Source: Podarcis erhardii
Taxonomy: Eukaryota
Length of the DNA stretch: 64,000 nt
Direction: 5' to 3' (one strand)
Assembly (NCBI GenBank): GCA_964252035.1
Contig: OZ176202.1
Below the pieces are notes generated by a model. The model had not been told where the DNA came from. It made no database searches and was given only the letters and a program-made list of their open reading frames with translations. The number at the start of each line of letters is the position of its first letter. The first letter of the stretch is position 1. This document shows, piece after piece, positions 1 through 11,870 of this stretch. A program made the translations under genes and the position numbers.

Positions 1-583
1 TTTTAAAAAAGATTTTTCTTGCTTCTAATAGAAAAATTAAATACAATACATAAAACTATTATAGAAATCACTTATACCTATATCATGTATAATTTATTTT
101 ATTGCTGGATTTCTCTTTCCTAATGGTAAAATGTTATATTTTTATATTGATCTTTGTAATGCAAGTAACTTAGTCATTGCTAATTAATCCCCCTTGAATG
201 AATTCTATCCTGCTAGGCTTGTTATTATTCTCAGAAGTGTCAGTGAACAAAATTATTTCACCCATCACTATATACAATACAGGTTCCTCATTATCCTGTG
301 AAATAACTGCTTTTACATAATTTGATATACAGGCTCTTGTTCAATATTTAATTGAAATATTTCATTTATTATCCCAATTTCCCTATTCCAAAACTGATTT
401 GTTAGACTTTCCCTTACCAGAAATGAACAAAATAATCTTTTGCATCTTGACAAGTGCAGCACTTTCCCTTTCCTGCTTCATATCTTTTATCAACTTTTCA
501 GGCTGTCAAGGTCCCCAACATGACTCTTTTGTAACAGTTTTCTCTACAAAGTACAAAAGCCTTTTAAGATAGATCAATATATT

Positions 584-618
<35 letters not shown>

Positions 619-626
619 GATAGATA
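584..626. repeat. (GATA)n microsatellite
   Basis: About 10 GATA units with one 3-bp interruption. Confidence 0.95.
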
Positions 627-972
627 AATGTCATGCCTCTTCATCAATCATCCTTTGGATAGCTCTACTCCCACAGAGTAGAGAGAGTTCATAGAGATGT
701 GGTTGATTCCCATAGATGTTTGATTTTGTTTGAATATTAAATGCAATCACTTAATCATAACTTCAGCCTTGTTCACACAACACCTGATTGTGCAGGTGTC
801 CCACTCTAGTGAAGCTCTTGCTTGTGCCCTTTCCTTTACAAACTTGTGCCCTATGTCCAAGTAACGTAGGAATGCAACTCTATGCTATTCTCTTTCTCAA
901 AATCCCTTTCACAATTCATAATACATATTTTGTTTCCATCTGAGTGAGAAAGATTTGTTTTGGATATATTAG

Positions 973-1920
973 AGATGGCTAAGCAGTCACGAAATTAAAA
1001 GACGCCTGCTTCTTGAGAGAAAAGCAATGACAAACCTAGACAGCATCTTAAAAGCAGAGACATCACCTTGCCAACAAAGGTCTGTATAGTTAAAGCTATG
1101 GTTTTCCCAGGAAGACTGGAAGAAATTTAAGATGTATTTACAAAAACATTGTAATTTGGTTGAATGTTAAGAAGGATGCTAGATTATAAAAAATTGGCCA
1201 CCACTAAATTAGATTTTGAATTTGATGATAAGTGAGATTAAAGAAAACATAAATTTTATGGAGAATTGCTAGATTATACTTAAATGAGTGGATATAAGAT
1301 CGTAAACAAGTTGATAATTTGCTTGGAAAAACCTTTTAATGATGTAAATGGGAGCGGGAGACGTGAGGGAGTCCAAAGAAGTGATGAAACTACGTTGTGA
1401 TGGAAGTAAGATTGTTTATTATCGGTGCATTTGTATTCAAAAACTCTAATAAATATTTATTAAAAAAAAAAAGCTATGGTTTTCCCAGTAGTGATGTATG
1501 GAAGTGAGAGCTGGACCATAAAGAAGGCTGATCGCCGAAGAATTGATGCTTTTGAATTATGTTGCTGGAGGAGACTCTCGAGAGTCCCATGGACTGCAAG
1601 AAGATCAAACCTATCCATTCTGAAGGAAATCAGCCCTGAGTGCTCACTGGAAGGACAGATCGTGAAGCTGAGGCTCCAATGCTTTGGCCACCTCATGAGA
1701 AGAGAAGACTCCCTGGAAAAGACCCTGATGTTGGGAAAGATTGAGGGCACAAGGAAAAGGGGACGACAGAGGATGAGATGGTTGGACAGTGTTCTCGAAG
1801 CTACCAGCATGAGTTTGACCAAACTGCGGGAGGCAGTGGAAGAAAGGAGTGCCTGGCGTGCTCTGGTCCATGGGGTTATGAAGAGTCAGACACGACTAAA
1901 CGACTAAACAACAACAACAA
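973..1920 (+). mobile_element. Bov-B (RTE) LINE, 5'-truncated 3' portion, interrupted by an L1 insertion at 1111-1469
   Basis: ORF 1476-1907 (VFPVVMYGSESWTIKKADRRRIDAFEL...EKTLMLGKIEG...WRALVHGV) is the Bov-B ORF C-terminus. The upstream part gaaattaaaagacgc...aaagctatggttttcccag continues the same element. Tail is CACGACTAAACGACTAAAC(AAC)n. Confidence 0.95.
1111..1469 (+). mobile_element. 5'-truncated L1-clade LINE 3' end nested in Bov-B
   Basis: Flanked by the 19-bp direct repeat AAAGCTATGGTTTTCCCAG (1092-1110 and 1470-1488), ends in AATAAA plus poly(A), and encodes EDWKKFKMYLQKHCNLVEC*. The target site reads TT|AAAG, as expected for L1 endonuclease. Confidence 0.9.
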
Positions 1921-2989
1921 TCTTTTTTTTTGGCATGTGCAGATGATCAAATGAGCAGTCCGAGGAGTGGATGTTCTGCACCCTGCTCAGGATGCTGGGC
2001 TGAGAATAGGTGATTAAATGTCTCTGTCCACTCAACTGCTGTTACATATACATTCTCACATATACATTTTGCCACAAAAATTAGCAGGCTTGGCAGTGGG
2101 TTCAAAATATCTGCTTGGGGAGCTGGATTAGGCCTCTGAACTGGTGCACTCCTGCATTAATAGTAAATTGTGACCCTTCAAAAGAGGGGTGGGGAGAGAG
2201 GGCGCCATATTCTGTGTAGCACTGAGGCCAAAGTTCTATCAGCACAATATGCTATTATTACTTTTTGCACATTGGAACCTTCTTCCTCCACATGCCATCT
2301 AAATGTGTTCTATCTTTCTCTGGACCTCCAGAGCAGATTTGGGGACAACATGGGATGTCAATGGGTGAAGCAGGGGAAAAGACCCATTGCCCTAGCATTG
2401 CTCCTTGTGTTGACTTTGGCTAGCACAACATTAACTGAAAACAGCCCCAAGAATTTTATTCACCCTTATTATTGTGTCTTATGGCTAATGAAAAGTTTAA
2501 CTCAGTAGTGGTTCTGGAGTGTAAATGGCTCCCTCTCATCGAAGCAACTAAATTCTTGCAAAACACTTAAAGCCTGTATTAACAGCAAAGAACATTTCTG
2601 ATCAGATCAACTTTTACAGTGATTATGTTTTACCTCTATTCTGGGATACTTTTATGTCCCTTATTTAAAGGGCACTGTTGAAACAAACCAACTACAAAGA
2701 AAAGTTAGGAAAAACTCAAATGAGCCAATCCAATGGCATTAAAGTACTAATGTTAGCCTGCCATCTAAGATAGCACCCTGATGTGAAGGAGATAAGATAT
2801 TCCTTGGTTGCAACTTCATAAAAAAGACCTCTAAAAATGCCAGCAAAGGGAGACAGGAGCATCTTGTCTAATGATCTCCACAGGGAAAAAACAAAGACAG
2901 CAGCTGGGCAAGCTGAATGGCACCATGAAATGATTAATTCCTAAATGTGTGTGTGTGTGTGTTTTTCTGCCAGAAGGAGGAATCATAGC

Positions 2990-3420
2990 CAATTACAGCC
3001 ATCCTACATGGACGTGATACCAAACCTTTAGGTTGATCAAGCCATTCCCTGTTGGGAGAGAAGTTACCATTCTGAAAGATCGATCAGCACTGTGTTGCAG
3101 CGGGCCCAATTGCCTGAGGTTCAGAAAAAGAGCAGCTGAACTAAGAGACAAATGCGTAGCAAGCATTTTGGCTTTGTTCCTTCTTCTGGCGCTTGGTATA
3201 AAAATGAAAGTGAGAGGGCCTTTATCAGTACTTGTCAAAGAGCCTGAGGCAGTCGGGCCCATCATTTACTACCATACGTCAACTTTCATGTTACTTTACA
3301 CAACAAGAGCTCAGAGGCTGGTGACTAATCATCATTTCTGGTCGGCCTTATTATGCTCACTCACATGCAGAGCAATGATACAATTACTTCTGAGCAAATA
3401 TCAAAGGTTATTTTAGTCAG
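2990..3420. promoter_or_regulatory. Candidate enhancer / conserved non-coding block
   Basis: Repeat-free and retains CpGs. SOX-type CTTTGTT 3172-3178, TATAAAA 3197-3203, AP-1-like TGACTAA 3322-3328, TCF/LEF ATCAAAG 3400-3406. Motif inference only. Confidence 0.3.
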
Positions 3421-4058
3421 TGCAGTCACACAGAGATGGGGCAAACTTAATAAACAAAGAGAGAGTTCAGAGCTAGGATCTAGGCACTGCTCTGAGCCAG
3501 CCTCTGGGGATGGGGCGCCTGAGTGGTGACAACATTTATTTTATGTCATTCAGTTTATGAATCACCTCTTATAAAATAGCTCAAAGTGATTTAACAATAA
3601 CTTAGAAGTACAACAGCAGGGATCATTTGGTTAGTAACCAAGGGGTTAATTCTCCTTACAGTTAATCAGCCAACCAACAGTTAATCAGATTTTGGCGGTG
3701 GAGCAACCAGTCAGAATAGCATGATTCTTGTTGAGTAACTTGTACTCTGATTGACTATGTAGTCCTGAGGGAGTTCTCCCATGTTTTGTAGTTTACTATC
3801 TCCCTTCTACGGACTACGCCTGAGCCCTATAAGAAAGACAAAACTTCTCTCTTCCTTTCTCCTAAAGTTATGCAATATTTTTGTTCAGTTTATCCAGCAA
3901 AGTTTTATCAGCATTTTCATTTCTCTCTGGGCTCCCTCTGCACTTCCTCTGCACTATTTAAGTGACTTTGCGAACAATCACAACCATTGCATAAATTTTA
4001 TATATTAAAAATTAAAACAATTTCACATACAGAGACTGTTAAAAACCTGTTGGAGGAA

Positions 4059-4059
<1 letters not shown>

Positions 4060-4132
<73 letters not shown>
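4060..4132. repeat. (TTTC)n(TC)n compound microsatellite
   Basis: Directly visible. Confidence 0.95.
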
Positions 4133-4864
4133 CACCATATCCATTTACAAACTTAGACTTTCACTGATTGGAATGTAATGAGTCTGGCTGGAATTTTGCC
4201 AGAGCCCCAGGGTTAATACACAAGCTCTCAGAGGTTGGGGGACTCAGACAATCTTAATTAGCACAAGTGGTCAAGACTGGGATTTAGTTTGAGTGATGAC
4301 ACCTCTGACAATGAGCAACACCTTCCTAATCATACTGCAGACTGGTACTCTAGTATTGTCATATATGCCAGGACACACTCCAAAAAATCTCATGTTGACT
4401 CCAAACAGAGCTCAATCACACATCCGCCTAAATGTTCTGCTTTGAAAAACAATATTGACTCAATGCAAGTGATAGCAAGGACAAAACAATCTGTTCCAAT
4501 TGATTTGCAACATTATTCCACAAAGGATTTATTATCATCTGTTCGAGCCATGGGAAGCGTGAAAGTTCAAAAAGATTGGCCAGTTTAAGTTCATTGATGT
4601 TTCCAATGCTATTGTTTTATTTCATATAGTAGATAAGAGCACCATTGTTCACTGTATGAAATTTAGTGGGACATTAAATAGTTGCTCTAATCAATACATA
4701 CAAATAACGCTTAAACAGATTGTTTTTCAAGAAAAAACAATTTACTTTTCTCTTGATTCATATAAGTCAAGTGTGTGTCAAGAAGGGAGAATTTCAGGGA
4801 AAGTGGCAAATTTACCTGGTGTGTTTAAAAGGATGGCTGGTGGAAAGCAGGTGTTTTGTTGCTC

Positions 4865-4963
4865 CCTCCTCCTCCTCCTCCTCTTCCTCCTCCTCCTCCT
4901 CCTCCTCCTCCTCCTCCTCCTCCTCCTTCTTCTTCTTCTTCCCCCCCCTCCTCCTCCTCTTCT
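4865..4963. repeat. (CCT)n/(CTT)n ~100-bp polypyrimidine tract
   Basis: Directly visible. It generates the poly-L, poly-S and poly-R ORFs of the track. Confidence 0.95.
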
Positions 4964-5179
4964 TGCAGTGGTAGAAACAAAGCTGACATTTATTTTACCA
5001 GCCTCCCTTATACATAGCATTGTTGCAGGTAGAAAATAATGTAGCTGCCATTTATTTTCCATAAAATACCATGGAACAACCCTGTGTCTGGGGCATTCTG
5101 AGGTAATAGCATGATCCCTGTCAGCTGATAGTCACCTAGACAAGATCTGCTGCCACTAGTAACTTTGTGGTCACCTGCC

Positions 5180-5813
5180 TAAACAAAATAGTTTTCAAAA
5201 GGTGTTTCAAGGAAGGTAAAATTCTTACTAAGACTCTACAGGTAGGTTGTTCCACAGGGCTGCCACACTATAGGCTCAGTCCCCTGTGAAGGCCAGCTGA
5301 ACCTCAGGGGCATGGGAAACCACTAGAAATGTCCCATCAGAGGAGTTCAGTGTTTGAGCTGCAGCACCAGATGTTCCTTAAACTACTTTGGGACCATGTT
5401 GTTTAGGGCTTTGTGAATGAACACAAGTACCTTGAATCAGGTCCAGTAGCCAATTGGCAAGCAGAACAACTCTCTCAGCAGAGGAACAGCATGTTGCCAG
5501 TAATCTGGTCCTGTGAGCAGTCCAGCTCCTACAGTAGTTGAATAAACATCTGGTTCAGAAGCTTTGTTTTATAAAAGTTATACACCTCTTGCTTGTGAAA
5601 AACCTCAAAGCAGTTAAAGATTCCCAATGCTGTCAGGCTACTGCGGTCTAGGAATGGTCATAGATGGCAAAGCAGCTGAAGCTGGTGAAAAGCACTCCTG
5701 CCCACAGAGGTAACTTGGGCCTCTTATGACAGAGATGGATTATGCAGTTCCCTCAGATTGCACGCCTGCTATGTCAACAAGAGTGCAACGCTGTCCAGAA
5801 CAGACATTTGACC
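5180..5813 (-). mobile_element. Old L2 (CR1-group) LINE fragment
   Basis: Degenerate match to recalled antisense L2 ORF2 motifs (gttgtttagggctttgtgaatgaacacaagtaccttgaat...ccaattggcaagcag; gaagctggtgaaaagcactcctgcc). Confidence 0.6.
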
Positions 5814-5830
5814 CATCTCCCTATCTTTTT

Positions 5831-6321
5831 ATTTTTTTTTAAAATATAAATGCACACATAAAACAATCTTACTTTTATAACAACAAATTCTTCACTTCTT
5901 TGGACTCCCTCACGTCCCCCTCTCCCATTTACATCATTAAAAAAATTTTTCCAAACAAATTATCAACTTGTTTACAATCTCATGTCCACACATTCCAATA
6001 TGATTTAACACTTTTTCCAATAAAATTTTTATATTTTCTTTAGTCTCACTTATCATCAAATTTAAATCTAGTTTAGTGGTGGCCAGTTTTTTATAATCTA
6101 GCATCTTTCTTAACATTCAAACAAATTACAATGTTTTTGTAGATACATCTTGAATTTCTCCCAGTCTTCCTCCATCTTTTCTTCTCCCAGATCTCGGATT
6201 CTGCCAGTCATCTCGGCCAGTTGCATATAGTCCATCAGCTGCATCTGCCACTCTTCCAGTGTGGGTAAATCTTGAGTTTTCCAATTTTTTGCGATGAGAA
6301 TCCTTGCTGCCGTTGTTGCAT
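5831..6321 (-). mobile_element. 5'-truncated L1-clade LINE 3' end (same family as 1111-1469)
   Basis: 17-bp TSD CATCTCCCTATCTTTTT (5814-5830 and 6322-6338) with a poly(T) start. The minus strand encodes ATTAARILIAKNWKTQDLPTLEEWQMQLMDYMQLAEMTGRIRDLGEEKMEEDWEKFKMYLQKHCNLFEC*. Target site is TT|AAAAA. Confidence 0.92.
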
Positions 6322-7606
6322 CATCTCCCTATCTTTTTAATCCCTGGGTTACATGTGGGGCAAGCAGTAAGCTCCAGCACATATCTAAGGACTGTTTCAT
6401 GTATTCAGAGGAGTTACTCTTGCTTCCTTTTTCCTTACTTCTACAGTAAGACTTGCAGATTTTCCCCGTAGTGAGCCTCTGTGAAGAAATGTAGCTGTTT
6501 AAAGCTGCAGCCCAGTGTATGGTTGAAGTCAATGGGACATCATTGTGTACACAATTGCATCGCTCTAGTTGTGAATAAGTACAATCAGCAACCATTTCGT
6601 GCAAAGGTTCCATGCCTAGTGCCCATGCATGTTGGTGGAGTGCATCTAAGTGCACTCCAGCCCACTCCATTCACTTCAGCTCCAGCCCCGCCCCATTCCA
6701 CCCCTGTTCCACTCTCTTCTGGGTACAAAAGGACTGACGCATCAGTGATAGTGCATCAGTTGGACGCGCCTAAAATGGTTGCTGCCCGTAGTAGCTTTGG
6801 ATGAGAATGTCTCCATCCAAAGACATACGCAGCCTGTCTAATGGGGCCCAGATTAGCACTATAATATGGATTTCCATCTGCACCCCCATTACATTGGTTA
6901 TGCAGGCAGAAGACTGCCTGCCAAGATGTGCCTCAATGGAGATTATTCAGGACATGATTGCCGAGCAGCGAAAAAAATTCAAAGCTGATTGTGTTTAACA
7001 TAGACAGATTTATTTTGCCATCTACTTTCATAACCATAAAGTAAGCACGCTAAGAAAGAGTTTAGGTACATATATGTGTAGGTGTGCATTGGAATACAAA
7101 CTATGCTTAAAAGGAAAGAATGAAAGCTACCAACCTTGTAAAAAAAATCTGATCAGTATTTTAAGCATCAAAAATCAAAACTAAACAATTGCTGCATACC
7201 AAGGGAATGCATGGTTTTTTTCAGGGAGAGAACTACTTAGAATCTGTAGCCTGTCTAGCCTGTTCCTAGACTCCTTAAGACTCCCTTTTCACATGACAAG
7301 GGAACAATGTTAATAATCAATGTGAAGAAATATAACACAGCATGGCAATGTAGGCTGTATATTCACTGGAGCTATCTGGCAAGAAAACAAATCTCTCCAT
7401 AGAAATAAGGAGACATGCAGCCCCCCCCCCCCCCCGTGTATGCTAAGGCAGTGTTGTGCTTTATAAAATATTACCGTATTATGCAAGAGGAGTGAAATAG
7501 GGTCAGTGGTTGAAATCTTATGAGATGGGGAGGGGGATCTTCTCAACTGAGATAGTGACTTTGGAAAAAAATACTCAGAAGGTACCATTCAAGTGGAAGG
7601 TCTGAG

Positions 7607-7740
7607 CTGGGGTAGCCAACATATAGCCCAAAATATCTGGAGGGAACTGACTCTCATACTCCCCAAGCACGGTCAGTTGTCAGGGATAATGGGTATTGTA
7701 GTTGTGTGACAATCAAAGGGAGCCATGTTGGCTACCCCTA
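7607..7740. mobile_element. Short palindromic hAT-type MITE
   Basis: Perfect 14-bp inverted ends GGGGTAGCCAACAT (7609-7622) and ATGTTGGCTACCCC (7725-7738). Related fragments lie near 13670-13745, 32465-32530, 44385-44460 and 63730-63805. Confidence 0.7.
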
Positions 7741-10700
7741 AATAGGTTCTATTCATCCTGACTAAAGATGAGTAAAACTATTTGGAATCTGGAAGGTTCT
7801 GGCTGCCCTGAAGACTTTGCTGACAGTACAGTCCATGTTTTATGCTTATACATGTTGAGCACATACTGTATGTGTGTAAATATTGGAGATTATCTAGTCG
7901 TCTAGATAAATCTTCATAACTAGTGCAAGGGATTGTTTTTCAAATTACATACGCAAACAAACAAAAATCAGTATTGTGCTTTTTGCCTCTTTGTAGCCTC
8001 TTATAGCACCTAAGATAATGTTCTATTCTCAATTTGCAAGTGCACATAAATAAACATTGTGAAGGCTGTGCACTCCTAAGGTGAAGAGTAAAAGCACTGG
8101 ATATCTAAAATTCACTGAATTATTTCAGGGTCTGGTCTGGATACAAAGTTGGACACATCAATAGGGAAAAGAATCATCTATTGTCTTTATTGGGCTTTGA
8201 GGAAAGGCTCTGCATCTTTGCAAGTCTCCAGAACAAATACTTCAAAACTTCACAAAGTTCACAAAGATAGCTGCATTTATATCTGGAAAATAGGCAACTC
8301 TGTGGTGAAAAGGCAGGAAAATGGGATTAAGCGCAAGATGAAAGAAGGAGAACGAGGCATGCAATGCCAGATGGCCGTAGCCATTCCAAAAATGTCTCCT
8401 GTTCTTATCTCTCAATGGTTGTCTTTGCTTTAAAAGCATGTAAGTATATCAACAATGATCCCAGGCATGAGGAAGGCAGAAACAAAACTAAATGTATCCT
8501 GGAAAAGGGCAGGTGCTGCTTATTTTATTTTATTTTTTTGTTTCAATTTGGATGCTTTATTTTTGTCAGGATATGTAACATTCAACTTTAGAAATTATGT
8601 TCCTTTCCATTTAAACAGTTCCCAGAGTAATAAAAAAAGAGCATTAAAATCTTGCCGCAGAAGTAGGTGATGAATATTGACAAGATTTGAATTTTGTCAT
8701 TGGAGACCTATATGTATATGTTGGCACTTTTGTTGTAAAAGGAAAAAATATTTGTCATAAGAATCCCAGTGAAGTCTAGGAGCTACAATGTGTTTCAAGT
8801 TGGTTCCCATTCAGATGTTGCTTTTCCTTTATTCATTTAGAAAGTCAACCACACAGGTTGCAGAGTTCATGTGGCAAGTCTTTTCATTTGTACCATTGCT
8901 CCACGTGTGCCCTATAGCACATACAGTCCAGTATATTGGGTAACCAATATAGGAAGCATTAAACATCTGGCAACATGTGGGTCCTATTAACTGCATGGTA
9001 AATCTGAATGAGTTATTCAGAGTTTCCACAAGCGTAATATTTCCCTGTGACAATGGGGGAGAAGGGCAGAGGTGCATTAGTTTGAGGGTGTATATTAGTA
9101 TATGGCTACATTTTAAAATCAACACCTGTTTGTCCAACAAGGTATATGAAGTGCTGAAGAGAGCCAAATGCCAGGAGTGTGCATGGGCCTCATATCTGTA
9201 TTCCTGCTTTTTTAAAATAAAAAAAAATAAAAATCCAATTTGTTACTGAGTTGCTCTGAACATTTTGATTTGTGACTTGGATTCTTAGCTGCTCTGTATA
9301 AAACAAAGCTCTGTGTTCTTCATTCCTTCTAATGGGGAATTTGAAAATGGCTGTAACATTTCCCCTTTAGGCAGGAACATATGAAATTTGCATGCACAGG
9401 AGGCAAATTGATCAAGAGGCATTTGTGGGTGAAGTAAAAGAGATTTGTTTTTCTCCTTTATATTTTGGCAATGTTTGCCCTTTTCTTCCATTTGGTACAT
9501 AGTCTGGAACACAAGAAACTTGCACTGAAACAAAGGCTGGATGGGGGTTATGGATGCTATAGCAAGACCTCCAGTTCTCTGTAATAACCTTTCACCCTGC
9601 CCTATGTGTTAACAGTATGAATGAGGGAACCTAAGGTAAGGAAGGGGAACCTCAATATGTAGCCTGTCCATAAGAGTCTATGGTAGGTGAGGTTGTGCCT
9701 GTATATATTTTTAATGGTGGTGCTGTGAAATCAGTACTGCATAACTTACCTAACATCTCTAATATCTGTTTTGAAACTCAGTATTCTGAACTCTTACACA
9801 AAGCTAGTGGAAGTGTTAAAAACATATACCGTAGGTGATATGAGAACAGGAAATTCCTCACCACCGAAATATCAAACAGAAATGGACCTAATTGACATTA
9901 GTTCCAAAGGCAAACAAGGTGGGCTGTTTTTTGTTTGTTTGTTTTTTGGAAAGAGGTAAAGTTACCTTCTGGAACCATGTTTTCTCATGAATGTGACTGA
10001 GATAAATGAAAACATGCTCTTAAATGCCCCCTAAAATATGTTTGACCCAATTATGGGTCATCAAGAAGGTTAAATAGCTAGTTTTTTTGTTTTGAAATTG
10101 GTTTCAAAGAGGGACGAATCTCCCCTGGTTCATATGAGCAAAACATCCTAGAAAGGAGTTGTACAGCATCGCTATATTGACCCAGCTGTGACAGACTATT
10201 TGCTGTAGAGAAGATTAAAGAAATAGAAATGAGCACAAAATACTTAAAAGCTGGTAACTCTCTGGCTTGTAATAAAATTGGCACCACAGGGCCATCAACC
10301 ATTTGTTGTTGCAAGTACAATCTTTCATTACTTAGTGTATAAGAAAATACTTAGACCTCTGATGTCCCCCCCCCCATATTTTAGGATGGATTCTGGTGTC
10401 GTAGTCAAAGGTGGAGCCATACAGTGTCCTGAGCACACCCAGCCCAAGGAGGACAAACGACTGGTAGTTTAATTCTTTACTGTCAAAGCACATGTGTATT
10501 TTGTGTGCACAGAACATGCACACACACCTTTGGTGAATAAGTAGCTGGCATCTCATTTCCAGGCTTGTGCTCTGAGCTGGACTGTTGGAGCAATAGATAT
10601 TCTGCTGTGCATCAATTTTTTATTTGATTTCCAAATGCGCCCATTGGCTCAAAAAGGTCAGGGACCCCTTGCTAAGCTATCATCTCCAAGTAAGTTGGCA

Positions 10701-11336
10701 CTCAATCTCTTGTCATAAATTGTCGTGAAACTTCTTTCTACTTCACTCTACAGAAAACTTTTTTACTTATCTTTTTTCTTCTCTTTCTTAAAAAATGGAG
10801 GCTGCACATTTTACCCTCTAATAAACTGTAGTGCATATCTAGCTAATTTTTAAAAAAAAAGAAAAGAAAAGAAGAAAAAGAAATAGAAAACAAGCTCATG
10901 GCCACATCGTCACAACAAACCCATGTGCTGACAGGCTAGTGTATTGTTTTCATTGAAAAGCAACTTCCAGGAATATCGCTTAAAGGCTGGAATAAGATTG
11001 GGACAGGCTTTGACTAACTGATTATATAGAGAAGCCTTAGATTACCAGTACCATGGTTATTTATTTAGTTAAAAGATCCACACACAATAAACTACACACT
11101 CAAATGAAAAACAGCAGAATTAGATATTAAATTGGAAAACTGACAGTACAATGTTGTACATGTCCAATCAGAATAAGCCCTATTGAGTTCACTGGTACAT
11201 ACTCCCATGAAAGTGAGAGTAGAACTGTGCTGTATTCTCTATATGAAGAGTAAAAAGGGAGTTCACTGGCACCTAAAGGATAACAAGGTGGGAGGATTTC
11301 CATAAAGCAGGCACCATAACAACCTTGCACAATAGG

Positions 11337-11732
11337 TAAGGATGGGCAAATATGCCAATTTCAGTTCCGTCAGTTTCCATTTTTCTAAACATAAGTTATC
11401 TGCATCACTTTGCAGGGTGGGAAATTAAACTCCTCATGAAAATTCATCAGCACTTTAGTATGAATTTATCCTAATATTTCTATGCATTTTTACCTAGTAT
11501 ATTTGTGAAGCGATTTCTCCTACTAGAATGCATTTGTGTATGCTATTTTGACATAGATGCATTTCTATGCATTTATGTAGACAATATTTCACTGGAGAAC
11601 TGCACCATAAAATTCAGAGATGGGCGTATTTAGAATGAGGACTTTGTTTCAGTTTGCATCTTCTTTCAGAAAGTGTGAATTAGCTAAGTTCAGCTTTAAA
11701 TGTGAACTAAATCACATTTTTCCCCATTCCTA
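11337..11732. mobile_element. Non-autonomous DNA-transposon-like element with (T)AGGGATGGG...CCCATCCCTA-type ends
   Basis: Ends taaggatgggcaaat and ttttccccattccta. The interior resembles 33813-34545 and the antisense copy near 61030-61270. Confidence 0.6.
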
Positions 11733-11744
11733 AATGTAGTCAAC

Positions 11745-11870
11745 TATTATTATCCTGTATTACAGATAGGGACCTGAAGCCAGACTAAGGGACTTCTCTA
11801 ATGCTACCTGGTAATTTCATGGCTGGTAATTTCATGGTGACACTTGATCCAGGGTAGTCTTGACCCAACC
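11745..11870 (-). mobile_element. MIR/CORE-SINE remnant
   Basis: attattatcctgtattacagatagggacctgaagcc...ggacttctctaatgctac resembles the antisense MIR core. Confidence 0.55.

Noticed and set aside
4289-4588. 99-aa ORF starting SDDTSDNEQ
   Set aside because: TTG start, no recognisable domain or clear splice context, and a length expected by chance in six frames of 64 kb.
4656-5062. ORFs with poly-L, poly-S and poly-R tracts
   Set aside because: They are translations of the (CCT)n microsatellite.
8932-8951. 8-bp stem with GUAA (GNRA) tetraloop
   Set aside because: Too short to exceed chance and no surrounding RNA-gene features.
9744-9760. Second minus-strand TAG|GTAAGT
   Set aside because: No polypyrimidine tract upstream, so not a credible recursive site.
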